From an uncultured Chloroflexia bacterium (GTDB taxonomy: Bacteria > Chloroflexota > Anaerolineae > CG2-30-64-16), in the NCBI GenBank assembly GCA_963774265.1, contig CAVZDU010000003.1, positions 64,001 to 128,000 on the forward strand: a stretch of DNA of 64,000 nt. The letters run 5' to 3'. The position numbers were made by a program, and so were the translations under genes. Positions within the stretch are counted from its first letter, which is position 1. Each line of letters begins with the position of its first letter. Below, one piece after another: positions 20,369 to 30,162 of the stretch. The notes below the pieces were generated by a model. It had not been told where the DNA came from. It searched no databases and worked only from the letters and a program-made list of their open reading frames with translations.

Positions 20369-21607
20369 GGCGCCACCTCAACGGTCACCCGTGTGCCCTC
20401 GCCCAGCGCGCTTTCGTACGTCAGTTTCCCTCCGACGCGCGCGGCGCGTTCTGCGATAGTGCGCAAGCCGCCCCGTCTTTCGGTGGGCACAGCACCCGGG
20501 TCGAACCCCACGCCGTCATCCTGCACTTCCAGGAGGACAGTGGCGACGGTGAAGTGCAGATGCACGGTTACATGCCGGGCGGCCGCGTGTTTGCGCACGT
20601 TATTGAGCGCCTCCTGGGCAATCCAGAAGAGCTCACTTTCGATTGCGATGGGCAACCGTCGCTCCTCCTCGATGCGGAACTCAGTTTGCAGGCCGGCGCG
20701 GTTCTCGACGGCCGCCAGGCGCGCCTGCAACGCGGCCACCAGCCCTTCCCTCTCCAACACCGGCGGGTGCAACTGGAAGATGAGCAGCCGCATGTCGCGC
20801 ATGCCCTCCTGCGCGGTCTCCTGCAACTCCTGCAGATAGCCGGCCGTGACATCTTGCTTGCCGGCTGCCAGCGCCAACGCCGCGGCGTTGGCGTACAGGG
20901 TCACGCTGTACAGCGACTGTGTGACCGAATCATGCAGCTCACGGGCCAACCGTTGTCGTTCCCCCAGCACCGCCAATTGCTCTGCCTGCTGTTGGAGCCG
21001 GGCGTGCTCGATGGCCATGGCGGCCTGATTGGCGAAAACGGACATGACGGGGACGTCTTCCTCGGAGAAACCACCCGCCTTGTTCACGACATCCAGTACG
21101 CCGATGACACCACCGTTGACGTGCAGGGGCACCGCGAGCAGCGCGGTGAGATCCGAGGGCCACTGGTACACCTGGGCGCTGCTCGAAGAGGGCCGGGTCA
21201 TTCAGCACCACCGGCTCACCCTGGCGCACGACCTGACCCGCCAACGAGCCGTCCACAGGTATGGGTGTGACGGCCGCCAACGGTTTGCCCAAGCGGTGCT
21301 TGACCTCCAGCCAGGCCTGATCGGTCAGCAGCAGGACCGCGCTGCCGGTCGCGCCGATCAAGCCCTGGGCTTCGGTGCAGACGATGTCCAGCACTTGTTC
21401 CAGAACCGTCTTCTGGAGCAGGCTCACCAGAACGCGGTTGAAGCTCTCGCTCTCGGCCAGCCGCCTCTGCAGCTCGCCATACAGTTCGGTGTTCTGGCGT
21501 GCCAGCGCCGCGGTCGCTCGCTCCCGTTCGGCAATCTCGTCCTGCAGCGAATCCAGGATTTGCTGAAGCTGTGGGATGTCTATTGGATCAGGAATCTGGT
21601 AGGCCAT
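20365..21607 (-). CDS. Soluble GAF + HisKA_3 sensor histidine kinase (indel near 21185)
   Basis: ERQRLARELHDSVTQ, QEALNNVRKHA, DDGVGFD; GAF spans two ORFs. Confidence 0.88.
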
Positions 21608-21776
21608 CGTGCCATCTCCTGCGCCATTATTATACACGATCCTGCCTATTCTACAATTCACGAACGCCACAGGCAACACGCAAGCACGGACCTGTCACAA
21701 GTGATTTGGGTAACCGAATATGGCTCCGGACTTTGGGGACAGAGGGAGAAGAGGTATGTTACGTGGTGTTCATTCC

Positions 21777-22259
21777 CTAAGATTCAGATGCGACCAGCCC
21801 CGCAGGTCCGATTTCTTGTGCGAGCGCGGCGACAAGTAGGTCCAGGCGGGCCGCGACCGGAGGCGTCAGTTCTGTGCCCCAACTCAGCGACTGGGGCTCC
21901 ATGCCCAAAAGCACGACGCGGGGGGGCAGCGTGCCCCGCAGGGCACTCACTGCCAGCAACTCCCGCAGGCCGACCTGATGCATTGACATCTTGAGAGCCA
22001 ACGCTGCCTGGATCTGGTCCCCTTCGAGGCGCATCAGGTCGCCCGGTGCACCGCCCACCTTCACCGCATCTGCGATGATGAGATCGGTCACACCTTCCAG
22101 CCGGTACAGCAGGTCGAGGCCCAGCGTACCGCCATCGAGCGCCTCAACCTCCGATCCGAGCCGGTAGGTTTCGGCAAGGCGCGCGACAGCGCGTACGCCC
22201 AGACCCTCGTCACTCAGCAGGATGTTGCCCAGGCCAAGAACGAGGATGCGTTGGGTCAT
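21777..22259 (-). CDS. Hydrogenase maturation endopeptidase (HyaD/HybD family)
   Basis: LGLGNILLSDEGLGV, DGGTLG, SMHQVG. Confidence 0.93.
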   Translation of the reverse strand: MTQRILVLGLGNILLSDEGLGVRAVARLAETYRLGSEVEALDGGTLGLDLLYRLEGVTDLIIADAVKVGGAPGDLMRLEGDQIQAALALKMSMHQVGLRELLAVSALRGTLPPRVVLLGMEPQSLSWGTELTPPVAARLDLLVAALAQEIGPAGLVASES

Positions 22260-24208
22260 GGCACAACCTGAATGCGGGTCACCTCACTCCCAGTCGCGTC
22301 GACGATATGTACTGCACAGGCCATGCACGGGTCGAAGGAGTGGACTGTGCGCAGAATCTCGACCGGTTGCTCCGGATTGTGCACGGGCGTGCCGATGAGC
22401 GACTGCTCCCAGGGTCCTCGCTGCCCGGCTGAATCGCGCGGTGAGCCGTTCCATACCGTCGCTACCACCGCCTGGTAGTTTTCGATCGCGCCGTTCTTGA
22501 TCCGTATCCAGTGGCCCAGCGCACCGCGAGGGGCTTCAGTTGCGCCCCAACCTGTGGCCTCTGTGGGCCAGGTGGACGGTAGCCACTTGCTGTTGTTGTG
22601 GATCGCAAGGTTGCCGGTATTCATGTTGGTTTCGAGTTGGCTGATCCACGACGAGAGCTGTTCGGCCAGAACGACCGTCTCCACGCCACGCGCGGCGACG
22701 CGACCGATCGTGGAAAACAGGCTTGGGGCGGGCAGCCCCAGCTTGGACAGCAATCCGTCAACGAGGTCGCGCACACGCCCATGCCCTGCCGCGTAGGCGA
22801 CAGCCATGCGCGCCAGCGGTCCGACTTCCATGGGCATCTCGTTGTAACGCGGCGCCTTCAGCCACGAATACTTCCCTTCGATGTCAAGGTAGTCGTAGTC
22901 CTGCTGCGGGCCGGTGTAGTTCGGCTGGGTTTGGCCCTGCGATGGGTGGAGGCCGACACCGTCACCCCCCGCATAACTGTACCACGAGCGGGTCACGTAC
23001 TCCTTGATCTGGTTCTGATCTAGCGGCTGCGGCGGAGCGGCTAGGTTGTTGCCCGTGACAATGCCGCGCGGCAGGTAAAACGAACCTACGCTGCCTGAAG
23101 CATCCTGCGGAAAGTCGCCGAACGACAGGTAGTTGCCCGCGGTCCCGCCCAGGCTTGCCCACTCCGGGTACAACGAGGCGATGAGTTGCAGATCGGGGTA
23201 GTAGACACGCGATACGAAGTCCAGTGCATAGGCCGCGTGGCTTTTGAGCTGGCTGATGCGGACGGCGTTGATGGCCGCGTCGCTGCTTGGGTCCACTGGG
23301 ATCGCCATCCCGCCCACCAGGTAGGTTTGTGGATGGGGGTTCTTGCCGCCCAGGATGGCGTGGGTCTTGATGACCTCACGCTGCCAGTCTAGGGCTTCGA
23401 GGTAGTGCGCCACAGCCAGCAGGTTGCCTTCCGGAGGCAGCTTGTACGCGGGATGTCCCCAGTAGGCGTTCGAAAAGATGCCGAGCTGGCCGCTATCGAC
23501 GAATGACCGCAACCGGGCCTGCACGGAAGCGAAGTAATCGTGGCTGTTGTTATGCCAATCGGAGATGGATCGCTGCAGGTTGCTGGTGGCTGCCGGGTCA
23601 GCCGAGAGCGCACTGACCACGTCCACCCAATCGAGCGCATGCAGGTGGTAGAAGTGGATCACGTGATCCTGGACGAACTGCATGCCTTCCAGAAGGTTGC
23701 GGATGATACGGGCGTTATCAGGTACAGTGATGCCTAAGGCATCTTCAACTGCTCGCACGGAGCAGATAGCATGCACCGTCGTTCAGACGCCGCAGATGCG
23801 CTGGGTGAAGGCCCAGGCATCGCGAGGATCCCTCCCTTTCATCACCAGTTCCATACCGCGAAAACTGGTCCCCGAGCTCCAGGCGTCAGTCACCTGGCCG
23901 CCCTGCACCTGCACCTCGATGCGCAGGTGACCCTCGATGCGCGTGATGGGATCGATCACCAGCCGCTGGGCGCTGCTTGGAGTTGGCGATGGTGTCGGGC
24001 TGGCCGTCGCGATTGGCGCCGCGGCAGTTGCGCTCGGTGTCCCTGTCGGAGTAACCGTGGCCGGGGTTGCCGTGGCTCCGGGTTGCGGTGTGCTGGTCTT
24101 GGTCGGCGTGCTTGTTCGCGTTGGAGTCTGAGTCGGCCTGCGCTGCGCTGCATCATCATCACTGGAGTCTCCATCACCGGAGACCAATGGCATATATATC
24201 TTAGGCAT
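22256..24208 (-). CDS. Group 1 [NiFe]-hydrogenase large subunit, read through in-frame TGA at 23783-23785 (candidate Sec), with N-terminal Pro/Thr extension
   Basis: ORFs 23783-24208 and 22256-23776 share one frame: [21 protein letters not shown]; [12 protein letters not shown]; [10 protein letters not shown]; [11 protein letters not shown] + cleavable tail. Confidence 0.9.
23749..23765 (-). promoter_or_regulatory. Candidate bacterial SECIS hairpin
   Basis: mRNA CUGCUC-CGUGC-GAGCAG starts 18 nt after UGA; loop 23 nt downstream with GU at loop positions 2-3. Confidence 0.6.
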
Positions 24209-24224
24209 TATGATACTCCTGTCC

Positions 24225-25181
24225 TTAGTCGTCTGAGGATCCGCTGTACAGAGGGGTTAGCTTGTCCCAGAAGCGCGAGGTCGCGCAGCCGATGCAGCCA
24301 TGACCGGCGGCGATGGGCCAGCTCGTCGCGTCGTTCCATTGAACTGAAGGGCAGTTGTGCTTCGTCTCGGGTCCTTTACAGCCCATCTTTTTCAGACACC
24401 ACCCGTTGCGATGGCCCTCATCGCCCCACGCGAGCACGAAGCGCCCCTCTCCATAGTGTTCCTTGCGCTCGCATTTTTCGTGGATCTCTTTGTCATAAGC
24501 GAACTTGGGCCGGCCCTCGCCATCTGTCTCGGGCCAGCTGCCATACGTCAGATACTGCACCAGGATGGAGCTCAGATTGACGACGTTAATGGGGCAGCCC
24601 GGCATGTTGATGAGGTTGCGTACATCGGGGAACGCGCCTTTGACACCGGTGGCCGCGGTTGGGTTAGGGGTGGCCGCCGGCCAGCCGCCCTCCCACGCAC
24701 ACGCGCCGACGGCGATGGTCTTCATGGCAGAACCGCACACTCGCTGCACGATACTTCGGGCAGAGCGGCCGCCAATGGCACAGTAGAAGCCGTTGAGGGC
24801 AGTCGGGATGGCGCCCTCGATGACGGCGACATAGCCTCCCGGATACTTGGTCAGTGTATCCTGCAGCGACCTCTCGGCTAGGTGCCCAGCGGACGCCATG
24901 ATGGTCTCGTGGTAGTCCAACGAGACCAGGTCGAGCAGGATGTTTGTGACGGTTGGATCGCCCGCGCGTAGGAAGGATTCCGTATCGCCGGTGCAGTCCT
25001 GCAGTGCCAGCCACACCATGGGCAACCGCGGTGCCGCAGCCAGTGCGCGCGAGATGCGCGCTGTCTCCGTGGCAGCCACGCCGAGCGTCGCCGCCATGAA
25101 TGAGCAGAATTTTAGGAAGTCACGGCGCGTCACGCCGCGTTGTTCAAGTCGCTCAACTCGACTGAGTTTGAGGCTCGACAT
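24225..25181 (-). CDS. [NiFe]-hydrogenase small subunit with Tat signal, no C-terminal TM
   Basis: TRRDFLK; [36 protein letters not shown]. Confidence 0.95.
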   Translation of the reverse strand: MSSLKLSRVERLEQRGVTRRDFLKFCSFMAATLGVAATETARISRALAAAPRLPMVWLALQDCTGDTESFLRAGDPTVTNILLDLVSLDYHETIMASAGHLAERSLQDTLTKYPGGYVAVIEGAIPTALNGFYCAIGGRSARSIVQRVCGSAMKTIAVGACAWEGGWPAATPNPTAATGVKGAFPDVRNLINMPGCPINVVNLSSILVQYLTYGSWPETDGEGRPKFAYDKEIHEKCERKEHYGEGRFVLAWGDEGHRNGWCLKKMGCKGPETKHNCPSVQWNDATSWPIAAGHGCIGCATSRFWDKLTPLYSGSSDD

Positions 25182-25369
25182 GGAGCACCTCCAGTGGAGA
25201 GTGATACGTATGGCGAGCAGGGAGGATTAGCCCGCCATCTTTGCCCACGAAATGATGAACGGGTGAAAGTGCGAAAAGTTACGGAATGAAATTTGAGCGG
25301 TGCTTATTGCGCGGTCTGTTAGCTTACCGATGATGGCGAATGCCACCGGCTACGCCAGCAGTTCGCCTT

Positions 25370-25397
25370 TTGGAAAGGAACGCTGGGACGGTATAAT
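25370..25397 (+). promoter_or_regulatory. Putative sigma70 promoter of hyp operon (possibly leaderless)
   Basis: TTGGAA-N16-TATAAT, 6 nt before hypA ATG. Confidence 0.45.
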
Positions 25398-25403
25398 TGG
25401 AGG

Positions 25404-25799
25404 ATGCATGAGTTACCGATCACCGAAGGCATTCTCAAGATCGCGTCGGAGGCGGCGGGGGGACGGCCGATCATGGCCATCCATCTCGTCATCGGCGATC
25501 TGGCTAGCATCGTGGATGATTCGGTGCAGTTCTACTTCGATATTCTCAGCAAGGGCACGTCGGCGGAGGGCGCGGTGCTGGACTTCCTGCGCATTCCGGC
25601 CAGCGTGAGATGCTGGGATTGTGGCCGGCAATTTGAGGCCCGCGCACCGTTGCCTTCCACGTGCCCGCACTGCGGAGGAACAAAGCTCCAAGTGACGGGC
25701 GGCCGCGAGTTGCGAGTGGATAGTATTGAGGTTAGTGATGATGGCGGAGATCCCGATCCAGAAGCGCATCCTGAGCGCGAACGACGAGGTGGCGGCTGA
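25404..25799 (+). CDS. hypA: Hydrogenase nickel chaperone HypA
   Basis: MHE start, CWDC..CPHC, GRELRVDSIEV. Confidence 0.93.
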   Translation: MHELPITEGILKIASEAAGGRPIMAIHLVIGDLASIVDDSVQFYFDILSKGTSAEGAVLDFLRIPASVRCWDCGRQFEARAPLPSTCPHCGGTKLQVTGGRELRVDSIEVSDDGGDPDPEAHPERERRGGG

Positions 25800-26385
25800 G
25801 AACCGCAGTGCCTTTGCCGCACACAGCATCCTGGCGATCAACATCATGGCATCGCCGGGTGCGGGCAAGACCAGCGTTATCCTCGCGACCGCGGAACGGC
25901 TCCCGGTCGCGGTCCGCCTCGCGGTGATCGAGGGCGATCTGGCCTCCAGCATCGACACAGAGAAGGTCCTCGCGGCCGGCATTCCCGCCGTACAGATCAA
26001 CACGGGCGGCAACTGCCACCTGGACGCGCCGATGATCCACTCGGCACTGCCCCAACTCCCGCTCGACAGGGTTGATCTGCTCTTTATCGAGAACGTGGGC
26101 AACCTGGTTTGCCCGGCTGAGTTCGACCTTGGTGCCGGACGTGCGGTCGTCGTTGCCAGCGTCCCCGAGGGCCACGACAAGCCCTACAAGTATCCCGGCA
26201 TGTTCGCCGCGGCAGACGCCGTGGTGCTCAACAAGTTCGACCTGGCCGTTTACTTCGATTTCGATCTGGAGTACTTCCGTCGTGGCGTGGCGATGATTAA
26301 TCCCGATGCGCCGGTGCTAGTTGTCTCATGCCGGACGGGGGAGGGGCTGGACGCGTGGGTGGGTTGGCTTACGAACGGATTATAG
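25741..26385 (+). CDS. hypB: Hydrogenase nickel GTPase HypB
   Basis: SPGAGKT, NCHLDA, ENVGNLVCPA, EGHDKPYKYP. Confidence 0.95.
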   Translation: MAEIPIQKRILSANDEVAAENRSAFAAHSILAINIMASPGAGKTSVILATAERLPVAVRLAVIEGDLASSIDTEKVLAAGIPAVQINTGGNCHLDAPMIHSALPQLPLDRVDLLFIENVGNLVCPAEFDLGAGRAVVVASVPEGHDKPYKYPGMFAAADAVVLNKFDLAVYFDFDLEYFRRGVAMINPDAPVLVVSCRTGEGLDAWVGWLTNGL

Positions 26386-26386
26386 G

Positions 26387-28774
26387 TTGAAGATTGAAAA
26401 TTCCCGACTACGCGTCGAAATTCATGGCGCGGTGCAGGGGGTTGGTTTCCGGCCGTTCGTGTACCGTCTGGCGACGGAATTGGCGTTGACTGGGTGGGTG
26501 ATCAACGACACGCGCGGGGTGTTCATCGAAGTCGAAGGGTCCCTCGAGATTGCCGAACGGTTCCTGGCGCGGCTGGTCGACGAGGTCCCGCCGCGGGCCA
26601 TCGTTCAGTCGCTTGACCACGCGTGGTTACCTGTGGCGGGGTACGACCACTTTGAGATCCGGCACAGCGACGACCAAGGTGCAAAGACAGCCCCGATCCT
26701 GCCCGACATCGCCACTTGCCCCGACTGCCTTAGCGAGGTCCTAAACCCCACGGGCCGCCGCCATGCCTACGTGTTCACCAACTGCACCAACTGTGGCCCG
26801 CGCTTCACGATCATCCAGGCGCTTCCCTATGACCGGCCCAATACGACGATGCGACGCTTTGTGATGTGTCCACAGTGTCAGGCTGAGTATGAGGACCCGC
26901 TCGACCGGCGATTCCACGCTCAGCCGAACGCGTGCCCGGCGTGTGGTCCACGGCTCGCGTGGTGGGGAGCAGGACGAGCGCACGACAGTGGATTGCATAA
27001 CCACAAAGATACCCAGGGGCACAAAGGCACACAAAAACGCGATGGGGTTGACGACAAGGAGATGTATGGGGCGCGAGCGTTGGCGGCAGCGGTGGCCGCG
27101 CTGCGGGCCGGTCGGATCGTCGCGGTGAAGGGCCTGGGCGGGTTCCACCTGATGGCTGACGCGCGCGATGATGGGGCAGTGACCCTCTTGCGTGAGCGGA
27201 AGCCGCGGCGCGACAGGCCGTTCGCGATCATGGCGCCCGACCTCGCCTGGGTCAGGGTGCACTGCGAAGTCACCCCCGAAGCGGAGGCCGCGTTGACATC
27301 CGCGGAGTCGCCCATCGTCCTGTTGGGTAAGCGCGGTGACGGTGGTGTGGCCGAGGATGTCGCGCCCGATAATCCGATCCTGGGCGTGATGCTGCCGTAC
27401 ACGCCGCTGCACCACCTGCTGATGGCTGAGCTGGGCTTCCCCATGATTGCGACTAGCGGCAACGTCGCGGATGAGCCGATCTGCACGGACGAGGTCGAGG
27501 CCGCCCAGCGCCTGGGCCACATCACCGACCTTTTCCTGGTCCACGACCGGCCCATCGAGCGCCACGTCGATGATAGTGTCGCCTGGGTGGTGCGGGGCGT
27601 CCCGAGGCTGCTGCGTCGAGCGCGCGGTTATGCGCCCCTGCCCCTGCTGCTTAAGGAGGAGGTCCCACCCATCCTGGCGGTCGGTCCACACCTGAAGAAC
27701 ACGGTAAGTCTCAGCGTGGGGAAACAGGTCTTTATCAGCCAGCACATCGGCGACCTGGAGACGCCCGAAGCCATGGTCGCGTTCGAGCGCGTCATCGCCG
27801 ACTTCCTGCGCTTGTACGAGGCGACGCCCGCAGCCATCGCCCACGACCTGCACCCCGATTATGCGTCCACACAGTGGGCGCGCGAGCAGGAGAGGCGCCT
27901 GATCCCGGTTCAGCATCACCACGCGCACCTGGCCGCGTGCCTGGCCGAAAACCAGGTCGACTGCCCGGCGTTGGGTGTCACGTGGGATGGCACGGGCTAC
28001 GGCACGGACGGGACGATCTGGGGCGGGGAGTTCCTGCTGGGAGATGCGAGCGGCTACGAGCGGGTCGCACATCTGCGGCCGTTCCGCTTGCCGGGAGGCG
28101 ACGCAGCGGTGCACGAACCCCGGCGCGTGGCACTGGCACTGCTGTTCGAGTTATACGGCGACAGCGCGTTCGAGATGGATCTGGCGCCGGTGGCCGCGTT
28201 CAGCGAGGCGAAGAGGGGCCTGTTGGGCCAGATGCTCGGCCGCGGTGTGAATGCGCCCGTCACCACCAGTATGGGCCGGCTCTTTGACGGGGTGGCCAGC
28301 CTGGCGGGGCTGCATCAGACTGTCAGCTTCGAAGGGCAGGCTGCGATGCGGCTCGAATTCGTCGCGGACGTCACCGAACGGGGTGTGTATCCGTTAACGC
28401 GAAATGTACAGACGTTGCCCGGCGTAGAGACGTTGCATGCAACGTCTCTACGTGATGGTGCGCACGTGCTCGACTGGGGACCCCTGGTCGAGAGGGTGGT
28501 CGAAGACGCACGTGCCGGTGTTCCTGCCAGCACCATTGCCGCCCGCTTCCACAATGGCCTGGTTCATGCCATCGTAGATGTCGCACGTGCAGCCGACCAA
28601 CCGCGCGTCGCACTGACCGGCGGCTGCTTCCAGAACCGTTTGCTGACCGAGCGTGCGGCGGATGCGCTCGAAGCGGCGGGATTCGAAGTGCTGCTCCATC
28701 GACAGATTCCACCCAACGACGGCTGTGTCAGCCTGGGGCAGGTGGCAGTGGCCGCAACCCAAATGAGAGGTTAG
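26387..28774 (+). CDS. hypF: Carbamoyltransferase HypF (start approximate)
   Basis: GAVQGVGFRP, FTNCTNCGPR, RRFHAQPNAC, QHHHAH, PPNDG. Confidence 0.95.
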   Translation: MKIENSRLRVEIHGAVQGVGFRPFVYRLATELALTGWVINDTRGVFIEVEGSLEIAERFLARLVDEVPPRAIVQSLDHAWLPVAGYDHFEIRHSDDQGAKTAPILPDIATCPDCLSEVLNPTGRRHAYVFTNCTNCGPRFTIIQALPYDRPNTTMRRFVMCPQCQAEYEDPLDRRFHAQPNACPACGPRLAWWGAGRAHDSGLHNHKDTQGHKGTQKRDGVDDKEMYGARALAAAVAALRAGRIVAVKGLGGFHLMADARDDGAVTLLRERKPRRDRPFAIMAPDLAWVRVHCEVTPEAEAALTSAESPIVLLGKRGDGGVAEDVAPDNPILGVMLPYTPLHHLLMAELGFPMIATSGNVADEPICTDEVEAAQRLGHITDLFLVHDRPIERHVDDSVAWVVRGVPRLLRRARGYAPLPLLLKEEVPPILAVGPHLKNTVSLSVGKQVFISQHIGDLETPEAMVAFERVIADFLRLYEATPAAIAHDLHPDYASTQWAREQERRLIPVQHHHAHLAACLAENQVDCPALGVTWDGTGYGTDGTIWGGEFLLGDASGYERVAHLRPFRLPGGDAAVHEPRRVALALLFELYGDSAFEMDLAPVAAFSEAKRGLLGQMLGRGVNAPVTTSMGRLFDGVASLAGLHQTVSFEGQAAMRLEFVADVTERGVYPLTRNVQTLPGVETLHATSLRDGAHVLDWGPLVERVVEDARAGVPASTIAARFHNGLVHAIVDVARAADQPRVALTGGCFQNRLLTERAADALEAAGFEVLLHRQIPPNDGCVSLGQVAVAATQMRG
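28423..28452. repeat. Perfect 30-bp palindrome (REP-like) inside hypF
   Basis: cGTAGAGACGTTGCA|TGCAACGTCTCTACg; same 28-bp core at 39835-39862. Confidence 0.92.
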
Positions 28775-28777
28775 TCT

Positions 28778-29035
28778 ATGTGTCTGGGAGTCCCCGGCAG
28801 AATCCTGAGCATCGAGCCGAACCCGTTCGGAATGACGATGGGCAAGGTGAGTTTTGGCGGCGTGGCGAAAGAAGTGTGCCTGGCCTATACGCCCGAGGTG
28901 GAGGTCGGCGACTATGTCATCGTCCACGCCGGCTTCGCGCTCAACAAGCTAAACGAGCAGGAGGCCGAGGACGTGTTCGCACTGTTGGCTGAGATGAGCG
29001 AGGTCGATGAGCTGACACAGGGCGACGGTCTTTAG
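28778..29035 (+). CDS. hypC: HypC
   Basis: [19 protein letters not shown]. Confidence 0.95.
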   Translation: MCLGVPGRILSIEPNPFGMTMGKVSFGGVAKEVCLAYTPEVEVGDYVIVHAGFALNKLNEQEAEDVFALLAEMSEVDELTQGDGL

Positions 29036-29049
29036 ACGCAGAGGTAACT

Positions 29050-30162
29050 ATGCGCTTTGTGGATGAGTACCGGAGGGAGGAGGACGCGCAGATCCTGCTG
29101 CGCGCTATCGAGCGTAAGGTCACGAAGCAGTGGACAAGCGCAGCAGTCCGGTGGACGATCATGGAGATCTGCGGCGGACAGACGCACACGCTGATCAAAT
29201 CGGGCATCGACAGGATGTTGCCCGACGCCATCACACTTGTGCATGGCCCCGGCTGCCCCATATGCGTCACGCCATTGGAGATGATTGACCGGGCGCTGGC
29301 CATCGCGCGACAGCCCGGGGTCATCTTCACCTCGTTCGGTGATATGCTGCGGGTGCCTGGCTCGACGACCGATCTGCTCAGCGTGAAAGCACAGGGCGGC
29401 GACGTGCGGATGGTCTACTCGCCACTCGACGCGGTCAGGCTGGCACTGAGGCACCCCGACCGGCAGGTCGTCTTTTTCGCAGTAGGCTTCGAGACCACGG
29501 CGCCGGGCAACGCGATGGCGGTGCACGCGGCACGCCAGCTCGGGCTGACCAATTTCTCCGCCCTTGTCTCGCATGTCCTGGTGCCCCCTGCGATGGAGGC
29601 CATCCTGGGTGCACCGGGCAATCAGGTGCAGGCATTTTTGGCTGCAGGTCATGTGTGCACGGTCATGGGCTATTGGGAGTACGAGCCTATCGCGGCAACC
29701 TACGGTGTTCCCATCGTTGTCACCGGATTTGAGCCGCTTGACCTGCTGCAGGGCATCTACATGGCGGTGGACGCGCTCGAAGCCGGCCGCAGCAGCGTGG
29801 AGAATCAATACAGCCGGCTGGTGACGCGCGAGGGCAACCTGCCTGCGCAGCGCATCCTGGCTGAGGTATTCGAGACCACCGACCGGCAGTGGCGCGGCAT
29901 CGGGCTTATCCCCCTGAGCGGTTATCGCCTGCGCCCTGAGTATGCCGAGTTCGACGCGGAGCAGCGCTTTGGCGTCGGTGAGATCCGCGCCGCAGAATCC
30001 TCCATCTGCATCGCCGGTGCGATCCTTCGCGGTCACAAGAAGCCGCACGACTGTCCCGCGTTCGGGACGGCCTGCACGCCCGAACACCCGTTGGGCGCGC
30101 CCATGGTTTCGAGCGAAGGCGCGTGCGCCGCCTATTACACTTACAGATTGGCTCAGCCGTGA
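29050..30162 (+). CDS. hypD: HypD
   Basis: [36 protein letters not shown]. Confidence 0.96.
   Translation: MRFVDEYRREEDAQILLRAIERKVTKQWTSAAVRWTIMEICGGQTHTLIKSGIDRMLPDAITLVHGPGCPICVTPLEMIDRALAIARQPGVIFTSFGDMLRVPGSTTDLLSVKAQGGDVRMVYSPLDAVRLALRHPDRQVVFFAVGFETTAPGNAMAVHAARQLGLTNFSALVSHVLVPPAMEAILGAPGNQVQAFLAAGHVCTVMGYWEYEPIAATYGVPIVVTGFEPLDLLQGIYMAVDALEAGRSSVENQYSRLVTREGNLPAQRILAEVFETTDRQWRGIGLIPLSGYRLRPEYAEFDAEQRFGVGEIRAAESSICIAGAILRGHKKPHDCPAFGTACTPEHPLGAPMVSSEGACAAYYTYRLAQP

Noticed and set aside
23783-23785. Genome-wide UGA reassignment, or a naturally two-gene large subunit
   Set aside because: TGA is the normal stop of many genes here (dnaB, hypD, hypE). A split would remove a metal-ligating residue, and the downstream GTG has no RBS.
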